Of a DNA stretch of 24,230 nt, positions 1 through 6,537 are shown piece after piece. Position 1 is the first letter of the stretch; each line of letters opens with the position of its first letter. The notes under the pieces are model-generated. The model made no database searches. It saw nothing but the letters and a program-made list of their open reading frames with translations, and was not told the DNA's origin. The DNA comes from Candidatus Micrarchaeia archaeon (GTDB taxonomy: Archaea > Micrarchaeota > Micrarchaeia > Micrarchaeales > Micrarchaeaceae), in NCBI GenBank assembly GCA_049964795.1, contig JBMFWY010000012.1, forward strand, positions 1 through 24,230. The letters are read 5' to 3'. The position numbers and the translations under genes are program-made.

Positions 1-928
1 TTACAGAGGTAGAAGAAACTGACGTAGAAGATACTGAAGTAGAGCTTACAGAGGTAGAAGAAACTGACGTAGAAGATGCAAAAGTGGTGGTCAATAGTAT
101 CCCCTTAATCGTGGTGGTTGTTGTGGTAACTTTAGAGAACGTCGCTGTTATTGTAGAGTTAGATGACAAAGAAAGTGTTGTGTTGCCTGATGTCGGCGAT
201 GAGAGCGAAGAGGATGTAGAACTTATGGACCAAGCGGAAAAGTAATACCCTGAGGGTGGCGATGCAAAAAGCGTATATTTTCCCCCCACCAAAAACGCGG
301 AGGTTCCATTTGCGTATCCTATATTGTTCACAAATATTTTGCCAGATTGCGGGTTGGCTACGAAGCTTACCTTATATATGCTCGTGCCTGGTGGTGAAAG
401 ACTCTGCAATGCATAGCCTGTCGTCTTGTAAATTCCAGAGCAGCTGCTTTGCACTGCACTTTTGCAAATCGCATATTTTATATTGAAATTTACTCCTACT
501 TGGGATCCTGTAGGTGGTGTTTTGGTCCCTGGTATGTTAGCAATGCATCTTATCACATCGCTTTGCAGTGCGATTTGAGGGTAGCAGTTCCCTAAGTAGC
601 TGTTTGTCCCAGCTTCGCCCACATTGGTAAGTGTTACATTAAGTGCGTTGCTGGGAAACTCTATTATAGCTCCTAGATCGTTGGTAAAAAGCACAGTAAA
701 GGTTATAGGTTCAATGCTGTTGTAGCCGCTTATTGCAGCTTGGGCGCACGGGAACGCAGGGTCTATGTTGCAGGTAGCCTGCAAATATGTGCTCGGAGGC
801 CTGCTTCCATTAAGCACTACCACAGCTGCTATAAATATCGCTATTATGAGGAAAGCCCAGGAGTAAGTTGTGAGCAACTCGAGGGCGCTTTGCTGCCTCG
901 CCTCTTTGCCTTTATGTACCTTTTTCAT
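1..928 (-). CDS. Class III signal peptide (pilin-like) surface protein with Cys-rich domain, InlB-B/Flg_new-like repeat and (SSTSV)n linker; 3'-partial
   Basis: Not in the ORF track because it has no stop in the window. My translation from ATG 928 (in-frame ATG also at 934) is open to position 2: MKKVHKGKEARQ|QSALELLTTYSWAFLIIAIFIAAVVVL..., a 6-Cys domain, ASPPSGYYFSAW...ITATF, then TTTTTT...SSTSVSSTSV. Confidence 0.88.
   Translation of the reverse strand, partial: MKKVHKGKEARQQSALELLTTYSWAFLIIAIFIAAVVVLNGSRPPSTYLQATCNIDPAFPCAQAAISGYNSIEPITFTVLFTNDLGAIIEFPSNALNVTLTNVGEAGTNSYLGNCYPQIALQSDVIRCIANIPGTKTPPTGSQVGVNFNIKYAICKSAVQSSCSGIYKTTGYALQSLSPPGTSIYKVSFVANPQSGKIFVNNIGYANGTSAFLVGGKYTLFASPPSGYYFSAWSISSTSSSLSSPTSGNTTLSLSSNSTITATFSKVTTTTTTIKGILLTTTFASSTSVSSTSVSSTSVSSTSVSSTSV
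2..76 (-). repeat. Coding tandem repeat (SSTSV)x5, 15-bp unit with a 45-bp higher-order period
   Basis: Positions 1-32 are identical to 46-77 (ttacagaggtagaagaaactgacgtagaagat). The minus strand reads SSTSV five times up to the window edge. Confidence 0.95.
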
Positions 929-995
929 TAGCATCCATCTATTGAGTATCTGCTAAGCTATTTAGCTTTTTCATTTAGCTTATTTATATGTTTTT

Positions 996-1868
996 ATGAA
1001 CAGGATAGCCGCGTTTCTAAAGCTCACAAGAATAGAACACAGTGCAATGCTCGTTGTCGCAGTGATAGTGGCAGAAATAATAACCAAATCCATTCCAAGC
1101 GCCTTTGTGCTTCTGCTAAGTATTATCACCCCTATTTTCATAAGTATGGGCTCCTTTGCAATAAACGATTATTTTGACGTAGAGGCAGATAGGATAAACA
1201 AAAGATTTGACAGGCCAATAGTCTCCGGCGCAATCTCAAAGAATGCCGCTTTCGCAATAGCGATCGCCTCATTTGCAATAGGTATATTTGCGAGCCTTTT
1301 CATAAACTACATCGCCTTTGCAATAGCGCTTGTATTCGGTGTGCTTGCATTCTTCTATAGCTACAAGCTTAAGGATACACTGCTTTTGGGCAACGCTTAC
1401 ATAGCGCTTTCAATGGCAATACCTTTCTTCTACGGTGATTTTGTTGTTTCCGGCACGCTAAACCCCAACATTGCAATAATAAGCGTGATAATATTCTTGA
1501 GCGGCCTTGCGCGGGAGATACACGGGATGATAAGAGACTACGAGGGCGACTCTAAGGCACGCAAGTCACGTAACCTTCTTTCGCATGCAGGAAAAGCTGC
1601 ATCTTCGCTATTTGCGCTTTCTCTTTATCTAGCTGCCATCCTCCTAAGCATCTTTATGTTTTTCTATGAGAAACCGTTTGCATACAATCTTGCATATGCG
1701 ATCCCGATAGCCATTACTGATGCTTGCTTGTTGTATGTTTCAATTGCCTATCTCCGCAAAAATCTTTCAGCAAGCTTTTTCAGGATTGCCAGAAACCTTA
1801 GCCTAGGCGCAATGGCTCTTGCTCTTTTTGCATATTTGGCAGCTGCGCTTGCCTATGTGCCAATATGA
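996..1868 (+). CDS. UbiA-family prenyltransferase, probably digeranylgeranylglyceryl phosphate (DGGGP) synthase-like
   Basis: LKLTR N-terminus, NDYFDVEADRINK...RPIVSG motif, YSYKLK, second acidic motif REIHGMIRDYEGD, multiple TM helices. Confidence 0.85.
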   Translation: MNRIAAFLKLTRIEHSAMLVVAVIVAEIITKSIPSAFVLLLSIITPIFISMGSFAINDYFDVEADRINKRFDRPIVSGAISKNAAFAIAIASFAIGIFASLFINYIAFAIALVFGVLAFFYSYKLKDTLLLGNAYIALSMAIPFFYGDFVVSGTLNPNIAIISVIIFLSGLAREIHGMIRDYEGDSKARKSRNLLSHAGKAASSLFALSLYLAAILLSIFMFFYEKPFAYNLAYAIPIAITDACLLYVSIAYLRKNLSASFFRIARNLSLGAMALALFAYLAAALAYVPI

Positions 1869-1952
1869 GCCCATAAGCTCAAAGAGTAGAAAGCATACAG
1901 AGCAAAATAAAGTAATAAGTCCGCAGCAGAGCTTGCAGAGAAACTTTGCCAA

Positions 1953-2582
1953 TTATTGCTTTCCTTGCGATCTCTCGTCGACTCTTGCTTCGAATTCGTC
2001 AACAGAGTGCTTGAAATCCTCCTCGCTTTTCAGTTCTCCTCTTGCTTTTAGAACCTCTTTCGCAAGCACGTAATATATGAATGCAAGAGATCTCCTGCCC
2101 CTATTGTTTGAAGGTATTATAAGGTCGACGAACTTGGTAGAGTTGTCCGTGTCGCAGAGCGCAATTATCGGTATGTTTACCATGCTCGCCTCTCTTATCG
2201 CCTGCTTTTCGTTTCTTGTATCGCTAACTAGGATAAGCTTCGGTTCTATAAAGCCACTTTTGTTTGGGTTAGTGAATATTCCGGGAGCCACCCTACCCTT
2301 TATGAATCGCGCACCTATTATCTCAGCGAATTTACCCGCTGGCATTATCGCGTAAAGCCTTGATGCGGTAACTACAACGTCATTTGGATCGTAGCTCGCA
2401 ATCATTCTTGCTGCCGCCCCAAGCCTTTCATCTATTGTTTCAAGATCAAGAAGGTAAAGCCCGTCGTCTCTTGTTCTATATATGAATCTTTTCATGCCCG
2501 GGCTCTTGGTCCTGGTAGCTATATTTATTCCTACCTTTAGATAATCTTCCCTGTTTGCAACCATATTTTTTTCTTCAGCCAT
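1953..2582 (-). CDS. rpsB: 30S ribosomal protein uS2 (archaeal)
   Basis: MKRFIYRTRDDGLYLLDL, PGIFTNP, IPIIALCDTDN, DLIIPSNNRGRRSL motifs. Confidence 0.97.
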   Translation of the reverse strand: MAEEKNMVANREDYLKVGINIATRTKSPGMKRFIYRTRDDGLYLLDLETIDERLGAAARMIASYDPNDVVVTASRLYAIMPAGKFAEIIGARFIKGRVAPGIFTNPNKSGFIEPKLILVSDTRNEKQAIREASMVNIPIIALCDTDNSTKFVDLIIPSNNRGRRSLAFIYYVLAKEVLKARGELKSEEDFKHSVDEFEARVDERSQGKQ

Positions 2583-2608
2583 CTAATCACTTTTTGGGGC
2601 CGCCGAGA

Positions 2609-2621
2609 TTTTCAAAGCGCT
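2609..2621 (-). other. tRNA intron at 59/60 (AGCGCTTTGAAAA)
   Basis: Relaxed BHB (bulge-helix-loop): central helix TTCA/TGAA, 3-nt bulges AA|A and AA|T, outer helix is the T-stem. Confidence 0.82.
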
Positions 2622-2627
2622 TTTGAA

Positions 2628-2638
2628 TTCCCGCGGTT
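2628..2638 (-). other. tRNA intron at 53/54 (AACCGCGGGAA)
   Basis: Relaxed BHB: central helix CCCG/CGGG, bulges AG|A and AA|T, outer helix GA/TC. Confidence 0.82.
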
Positions 2639-2710
2639 CTCGGGTCGCTAGCACCCCAAGCTAGTAGCCTACCAAGCTAGCAGACGGCCCCATAACTAAA
2701 TCAATGTAAA

Positions 2711-2911
2711 TCATTTCCTCCCTAGCTCCATGAACTCGTCAATTACCTCTACATTGCTCAGGAACATTCTCCTGCAGCAGTACCTTTTCACTCCAAGGTC
2801 GTCAAGCACCTTGCCAGGCTCCTCCTTGTTCTTGTTGACTCTCCTGTCGTACTCTTCCCATTTGTCGGCTACGACCGCGCCACATGTAAAGCATCTCACA
2901 GGCATCATCAT
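2711..2911 (-). CDS. rpoN: RNA polymerase subunit Rpo10 (N)
   Basis: PVRCFTCG and [14 protein letters not shown] zinc-binding signature. The start may be the 2nd or 3rd Met. Confidence 0.97.
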   Translation of the reverse strand: MMMPVRCFTCGAVVADKWEEYDRRVNKNKEEPGKVLDDLGVKRYCCRRMFLSNVEVIDEFMELGRK

Positions 2912-2954
2912 GCTATCATCTAAAATATAATAATTGCAAAAAGCAAGGCAAATT

Positions 2955-3524
2955 TCACCTGTATGAAGTCTGGAATCTTGCCCTAGCTTTCGGCCCCTTG
3001 AACTTCTTTGGTTCCACCCTTCTGGGATCGTCTACGAGCAGCGATCTGTCATAGCGCAAGTATTCCTTCCTTATCATATCACTATCCGCATACTCTGAAA
3101 TTCCCTTTGCTATTGCGCTTCTAACCGCCTGCGCCTGCGCGCTTCTGCCTCCTCCATACACATTTACTTCTATGTCAACTCCTTTCGCAAGCTCTTTTGC
3201 AATGTTTGAAATATTAAGCGGCTCAAGCATCATGCTTCTGAACTCCCTTGGCTCTATCAAGCTTATATCTACGCTGTTTATCTTTATTCTTCCAGCGCCT
3301 TTTTTCACCACTGCTCTTGCCCTGGCTTCTTTTCTTTTGCTGGAGCCGAAAGAAACCTTATCTTTTCTCAAAACTTTCTTTTTTGGTCTTGCTGCGGTCT
3401 TCTTTTTCTGTGCTTCCTGGCTTGCATTATCTTTTCCTTCCGTTTTCGCTGAAGCTGCGTTCTCCGCTGGCTTCTGCGCTTGTGCATCTGCAATCTTTTG
3501 AATATCAACTTGATCAGCCATCAT
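2955..3524 (-). CDS. rpsI: 30S ribosomal protein uS9 with N-terminal extension
   Basis: [54 protein letters not shown]-like AGGTGA just upstream. Confidence 0.96.
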   Translation of the reverse strand: MMADQVDIQKIADAQAQKPAENAASAKTEGKDNASQEAQKKKTAARPKKKVLRKDKVSFGSSKRKEARARAVVKKGAGRIKINSVDISLIEPREFRSMMLEPLNISNIAKELAKGVDIEVNVYGGGRSAQAQAVRSAIAKGISEYADSDMIRKEYLRYDRSLLVDDPRRVEPKKFKGPKARARFQTSYR

Positions 3525-3529
3525 TTCAC

Positions 3530-3991
3530 CTAAAACTTGTCATACCCAAGCCTTTTTGAGAGCTCTCCTATTGTCATGTATCCTACATATATCTCTTTCG
3601 GATTTTTCTCCGCTACCTCTATCATTTTGGCCCCCTTGAAAGCTTCCGGCACCCCTATAAAAACCCTAAGGTTGTCATAAGCCCTCTTTCCATGCGGCTT
3701 TCTATATGGGAGCATGCCTCTTATTATCCTCTTAAGCAAAAGATCAGGGCGCCTTGGCCAGTACGGCGAATTGTCTGGGTCTACCTTGTTCTTGAGGTTT
3801 ACCCTGGTTTTGTAATTTTCTATTATACCGCTTTTTTTGCCGCTTATTATTGCGCTTTCTGCATTCACTATTGCGACTTTCTCTCCGTTGAGCGCCATCT
3901 TTGCCGCCTTGCTCGCAAGCCTCCCCGCAATCGCGTTCTTGGCGTCTATCACTTTGTAATCGTCAGCTTTTATTCTTTCCATGCAAACCAT
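3530..3991 (-). CDS. rplM: 50S ribosomal protein uL13
   Basis: VIDAKNAIAGRLAS, VNAESAIISG, PDLLLKRIIRGMLPY, LRVFIGVP. The start may be Met4. Confidence 0.96.
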   Translation of the reverse strand: MVCMERIKADDYKVIDAKNAIAGRLASKAAKMALNGEKVAIVNAESAIISGKKSGIIENYKTRVNLKNKVDPDNSPYWPRRPDLLLKRIIRGMLPYRKPHGKRAYDNLRVFIGVPEAFKGAKMIEVAEKNPKEIYVGYMTIGELSKRLGYDKF

Positions 3992-3994
3992 TTT

Positions 3995-4345
3995 TTATAC
4001 AATTATCTTAACCTTTTTTTCTTCCATGAGCTCTTCGAATTTTGCAATTTTAGAGCCGGACCTTTCCAGCTCCTCCTTGGCTTTCTTCGAATATCCCAAA
4101 GCGGCAATGCTTATCTTGTGGTTGAGAGAGCCTTCAGCAAGCACCTTGCCAGGCACTATCACAGAATCGTTTTCGCTAGTATACTTGTTTATCTTGTAAA
4201 TATCTGCGTCTTTCCTTTCTCTTGCTGGCACGTCTACAAGCTTTAGCAGCTTCTTTGAAAGCCCCACTTTTTTCCTGCTTGCGATATTACCTTCAAGCAC
4301 TGCTACCAAAGCGCGTATGTCGCCTCTTTCAACATTAGACTTCAT
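3995..4345 (-). CDS. rpl18e: 50S ribosomal protein eL18
   Basis: VIVPGKVLAEG, IAALGYSKKAKE; located between rpoD and rpl13. Confidence 0.92.
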   Translation of the reverse strand: MKSNVERGDIRALVAVLEGNIASRKKVGLSKKLLKLVDVPARERKDADIYKINKYTSENDSVIVPGKVLAEGSLNHKISIAALGYSKKAKEELERSGSKIAKFEELMEEKKVKIIV

Positions 4346-4361
4346 AATATCACATCTGCTA

Positions 4362-4464
4362 TGCGGGGGGTGAGATTTGAACTCACGCAGTCACTAAAGA
4401 CACAGGAGTTCTGAGCGCAAAGCACCTCAGTCCTGCGCATTTGGCCATGCTCTGCCACCCCCGC
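4362..4464 (-). tRNA. tRNA-Leu(GAG) with a canonical 37/38 intron (16 nt, 4409-4424); CCA not encoded
   Basis: Acceptor GCGGGGG/CCCCCGC+A, anticodon stem CAGGA/TCCTG, loop CT-GAG-G|C, long variable arm, T-arm GTGAG-TTCAAAT-CTCAC. The intron TGCTTTGCGCTCAGAA forms a full BHB (helix CTGA/TCAG, bulges GG|T and AA|C). Confidence 0.95.
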
Positions 4465-4477
4465 CTGCACAAATTGC

Positions 4478-5047
4478 TTACTTGACTCCTTTTTCTATTT
4501 CCTTTACGCCTTCAATTAATTTGCTGCAAGCTTTATTAATAATTTCCTTGGGTGGCATCTGGCCGAAAGACTCAACATAAAATTCAAACTTGTCTTCCCC
4601 TTTCGGTTCAAAGGTGGCAAGCCCCGGCTGGAACTTTGCATGCTTTAGTGCAGTTCCCAATACTGCCTTGCCCTCAAGCCTCAGCCTCTGCTCATTTGCA
4701 AGCTTCATTATTGGTATATTTTCGTTTGCTACTTTTACGTTTTTGTCAGGGCTTACCAAATCTCTTGAATATACTGTTTTCGGCCCTGTTGCTTCCAGCG
4801 TGAAGAGAATCTCGTCTTTTTCATCGTAGCCTTTCAAAGGTGTCACGATCGGAACGAGGCCTATCCTGTGTGCTATATACTCGTCGAACATAGAGCTGGT
4901 ATTTTCGTAAAAAGTTATTTTGTCTATGGCAAAGGTTTCTACGCTGTTTATGGCTGCCCTCCTAAGCGCATTGGCATAGGAGACGTCAACGTCATTCAGC
5001 ATGAACCTGAAAGCTTTTTCGCTGCTCTCTATAACCTTTATTTCCAT
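4478..5047 (-). CDS. rpoD: RNA polymerase subunit Rpo3 (D), short form without the Fe-S domain
   Basis: YANALRRA, ENTSSMFDEYIAHRIGLVP, GPKTVYSRDL, IPIMKL, HAKFQPG, FYVESFGQ. Confidence 0.96.
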   Translation of the reverse strand: MEIKVIESSEKAFRFMLNDVDVSYANALRRAAINSVETFAIDKITFYENTSSMFDEYIAHRIGLVPIVTPLKGYDEKDEILFTLEATGPKTVYSRDLVSPDKNVKVANENIPIMKLANEQRLRLEGKAVLGTALKHAKFQPGLATFEPKGEDKFEFYVESFGQMPPKEIINKACSKLIEGVKEIEKGVK

Positions 5048-5099
5048 CTATTCACTTTGCCGTCTTCTCCGGCTGCGATATTGGATTTATCCAAAAGGA

Positions 5100-5107
5100 T
5101 TTATAAA
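5100..5107 (-). promoter_or_regulatory. Putative TATA box for the rpoD operon
   Basis: TTTATAAA about 52 nt upstream of the rpoD ATG, in a divergent intergenic region. Confidence 0.45.
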
Positions 5108-5221
5108 TATGGTTGCTTTGCTGCTGCTTTGCGCAAAATGAGCCCAAACAAATAAAAACTATAAACTCCTTTATACCTTCAAGTATAAAAGATTTGTGGT
5201 AATAGGCAAGAGGCGCTGCGG

Positions 5222-5869
5222 ATGGCTTTCAGGGATATAATACTAGACGAATTTGAAAGGGGCTTACTCGGCAAGGGCCAATATTTGCAGACATACAAGC
5301 CCCGCCCTCACATTTCAGCCTCTAAAATCGAGGAGCACAATGACGTCTCATACATAGGCACAGGGGAGAAAATAGCATGCAAATACTTCTTGCCAATAGA
5401 CAAGAGGTATATAGGGGCCAAGGAGCTATCCTATGACCTTTTGCTTTCGCTCTACGAAATAAATTCGAAAAGCGCTTTCGCGATAAGGCTTTACAAAGAT
5501 TCAGGCAGCGCCACAAAGCTTGTTGACAATTACCTGGCAAGTTTGCGCCGCTTGAAAAAGGCAATCGTCGAGGCTAGAATTATAGGCATGCAGGACAACG
5601 AGGATACAAGCACGCTTGGCGATGTGCTCTCAATGCTTGCCAAAAGAAAGATAGAAATCTACGAAGCCGATCTTTTTGGTACAAGTACGCGCCATATAGC
5701 GCTCGACCTGCATACCGGGGCAACTTTCGACATACTTATATATGACAGGATTTACAAGCCAGGAGAGCTGGCAAACAAACTCACAGAAGAGCAATTCTCA
5801 AGATCTTATAATCCTGCGAGCGCAACTTTGCAAAGTGGTGCCACGGCAAATGCAAAACCTAAAGCCTAA
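5222..5869 (+). CDS. Hypothetical protein with CheD-like (CheD/YfiH/CNF1-type) fold, catalytic residues apparently substituted
   Basis: By-eye match to the CheD pattern: YIGTGE, LSYDLLLSLYE, AIRL, VEARIIG, IEIYEADLFGTSTRHIALDLHTG. Confidence 0.6.
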   Translation: MAFRDIILDEFERGLLGKGQYLQTYKPRPHISASKIEEHNDVSYIGTGEKIACKYFLPIDKRYIGAKELSYDLLLSLYEINSKSAFAIRLYKDSGSATKLVDNYLASLRRLKKAIVEARIIGMQDNEDTSTLGDVLSMLAKRKIEIYEADLFGTSTRHIALDLHTGATFDILIYDRIYKPGELANKLTEEQFSRSYNPASATLQSGATANAKPKA

Positions 5870-6435
5870 TCGAGAATCTTCTCATGCAAAACAGTGTGGA
5901 TTACTCCTTTGCCCGTGAACTCGCTCTTCTTTAGCACTATTCTTTCGCACAAGAAAGACCCAAATTCAAAGTCTTTGTAAGCAGATTCAAGCTTTTTCAG
6001 CGCTTCCCAAATCTCTTCAATTTCTCTCCTCCCAAGCTTCTCTGTTTTTATCCTAGCAAGCGTAAGGTGAGGCGAAAACTCCCTTTTTTCCAGAGCTACG
6101 CCTGCTTTTTCGATAGGCCCATAAAGCATATTATAGAGGCTTTTCAATTCGTCCCTACCTTCAAATATCTTCGCAATTGCAACGCGGGGCACCTTGCCGC
6201 CAAAAAAGCCCAACCCTTTTATTTCTATCACAAAGCGCTGGGCTTCAATCGAATCAATCGCACTTTCTATCTTGCCTTTTTGCGATTCGCTTATCTCACC
6301 GAGAAAATGGAGGGTTATATGCATAGCCTCTTTATCTACTTCCCTTGCCTTCGCCGCTTCTGCAACCTCTTTTGCCACCTTGTAAGCTTTGTCTTTGATT
6401 GCATTTGGTACATCTATCGCGATAAAAGCGCGCAT
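5866..6435 (-). CDS. thpR: RNA 2',3'-cyclic phosphodiesterase (2H family, LigT/ThpR)
   Basis: MRAFIAID start; two HxT motifs (HITLHFLGE, FSPHLTLARIK). Confidence 0.93.
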   Translation of the reverse strand: MRAFIAIDVPNAIKDKAYKVAKEVAEAAKAREVDKEAMHITLHFLGEISESQKGKIESAIDSIEAQRFVIEIKGLGFFGGKVPRVAIAKIFEGRDELKSLYNMLYGPIEKAGVALEKREFSPHLTLARIKTEKLGRREIEEIWEALKKLESAYKDFEFGSFLCERIVLKKSEFTGKGVIHTVLHEKILD

Positions 6436-6537
6436 GGAAATGCACTCTGGGCATCAAAAGTCGCATTGCGTTGCAACGTAGATACAAGTCAAATGATATC
6501 AAACAAAAGTTTTAATACTTGTCTCATAAATTACAAT

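Larger units (their letters stand above)
2595..2691 (-). tRNA. tRNA-Pro(GGG) with two non-canonical introns (53/54, 11 nt; 59/60, 13 nt); CCA not encoded
   Basis: Minus strand: acceptor GGGGCCG/CGGCCCC+A, anticodon stem CTAGC/GCTAG with loop TTGGGGT (anticodon 2655-2657), T-stem CCGAG/CTCGG enclosing 31 nt. Removing 2628-2638 and 2609-2621 gives the T-loop TTCAAAT and a 73-nt tRNA. It lies downstream of rpoN as in many archaea. Confidence 0.9.

Noticed and set aside
1-77. 32-bp direct repeat as a possible CRISPR repeat
   Set aside because: The gap is only 13 bp, the repeat is in-frame coding SSTSV, and there are no cas genes.
256-931. Plus-strand ORFs 256..486 and 740..931
   Set aside because: Antisense shadows of the real minus-strand pilin-like gene.
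953-982. CTAAGCT/TAGCTT motifs upstream of the left pilin-like gene resembling the 22591 palindrome
   Set aside because: The match is only about 7 bp and AAGCT is frequent throughout this sequence.
2609-2638. A single 24-nt intron or pseudogenising insertion in tRNA-Pro
   Set aside because: No single excision yields a canonical T-loop, whereas two excisions give TTCAAAT, each with a valid splice motif.
5048-5080. Arg-rich frame (SRRRRQSE*) upstream of rpoD as an rps11 remnant
   Set aside because: Too short, with no start codon and a weak match; more simply a 5' UTR.
1819-5155. Many short plus-strand ORFs opposite the ribosomal/RNAP genes
   Set aside because: Antisense shadows of well-conserved genes, with no recognisable motifs.
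5866-6435. Functional link between thpR and the nearby intron-containing tRNAs
   Set aside because: Proximity only; archaeal tRNA exon ligation is normally done by RtcB.
6067-6537. 157-aa N-terminal extension of CTP synthase in the ORF track
   Set aside because: It overlaps thpR on the opposite strand and reads as non-protein-like; PyrG homology starts at ATG 6538.
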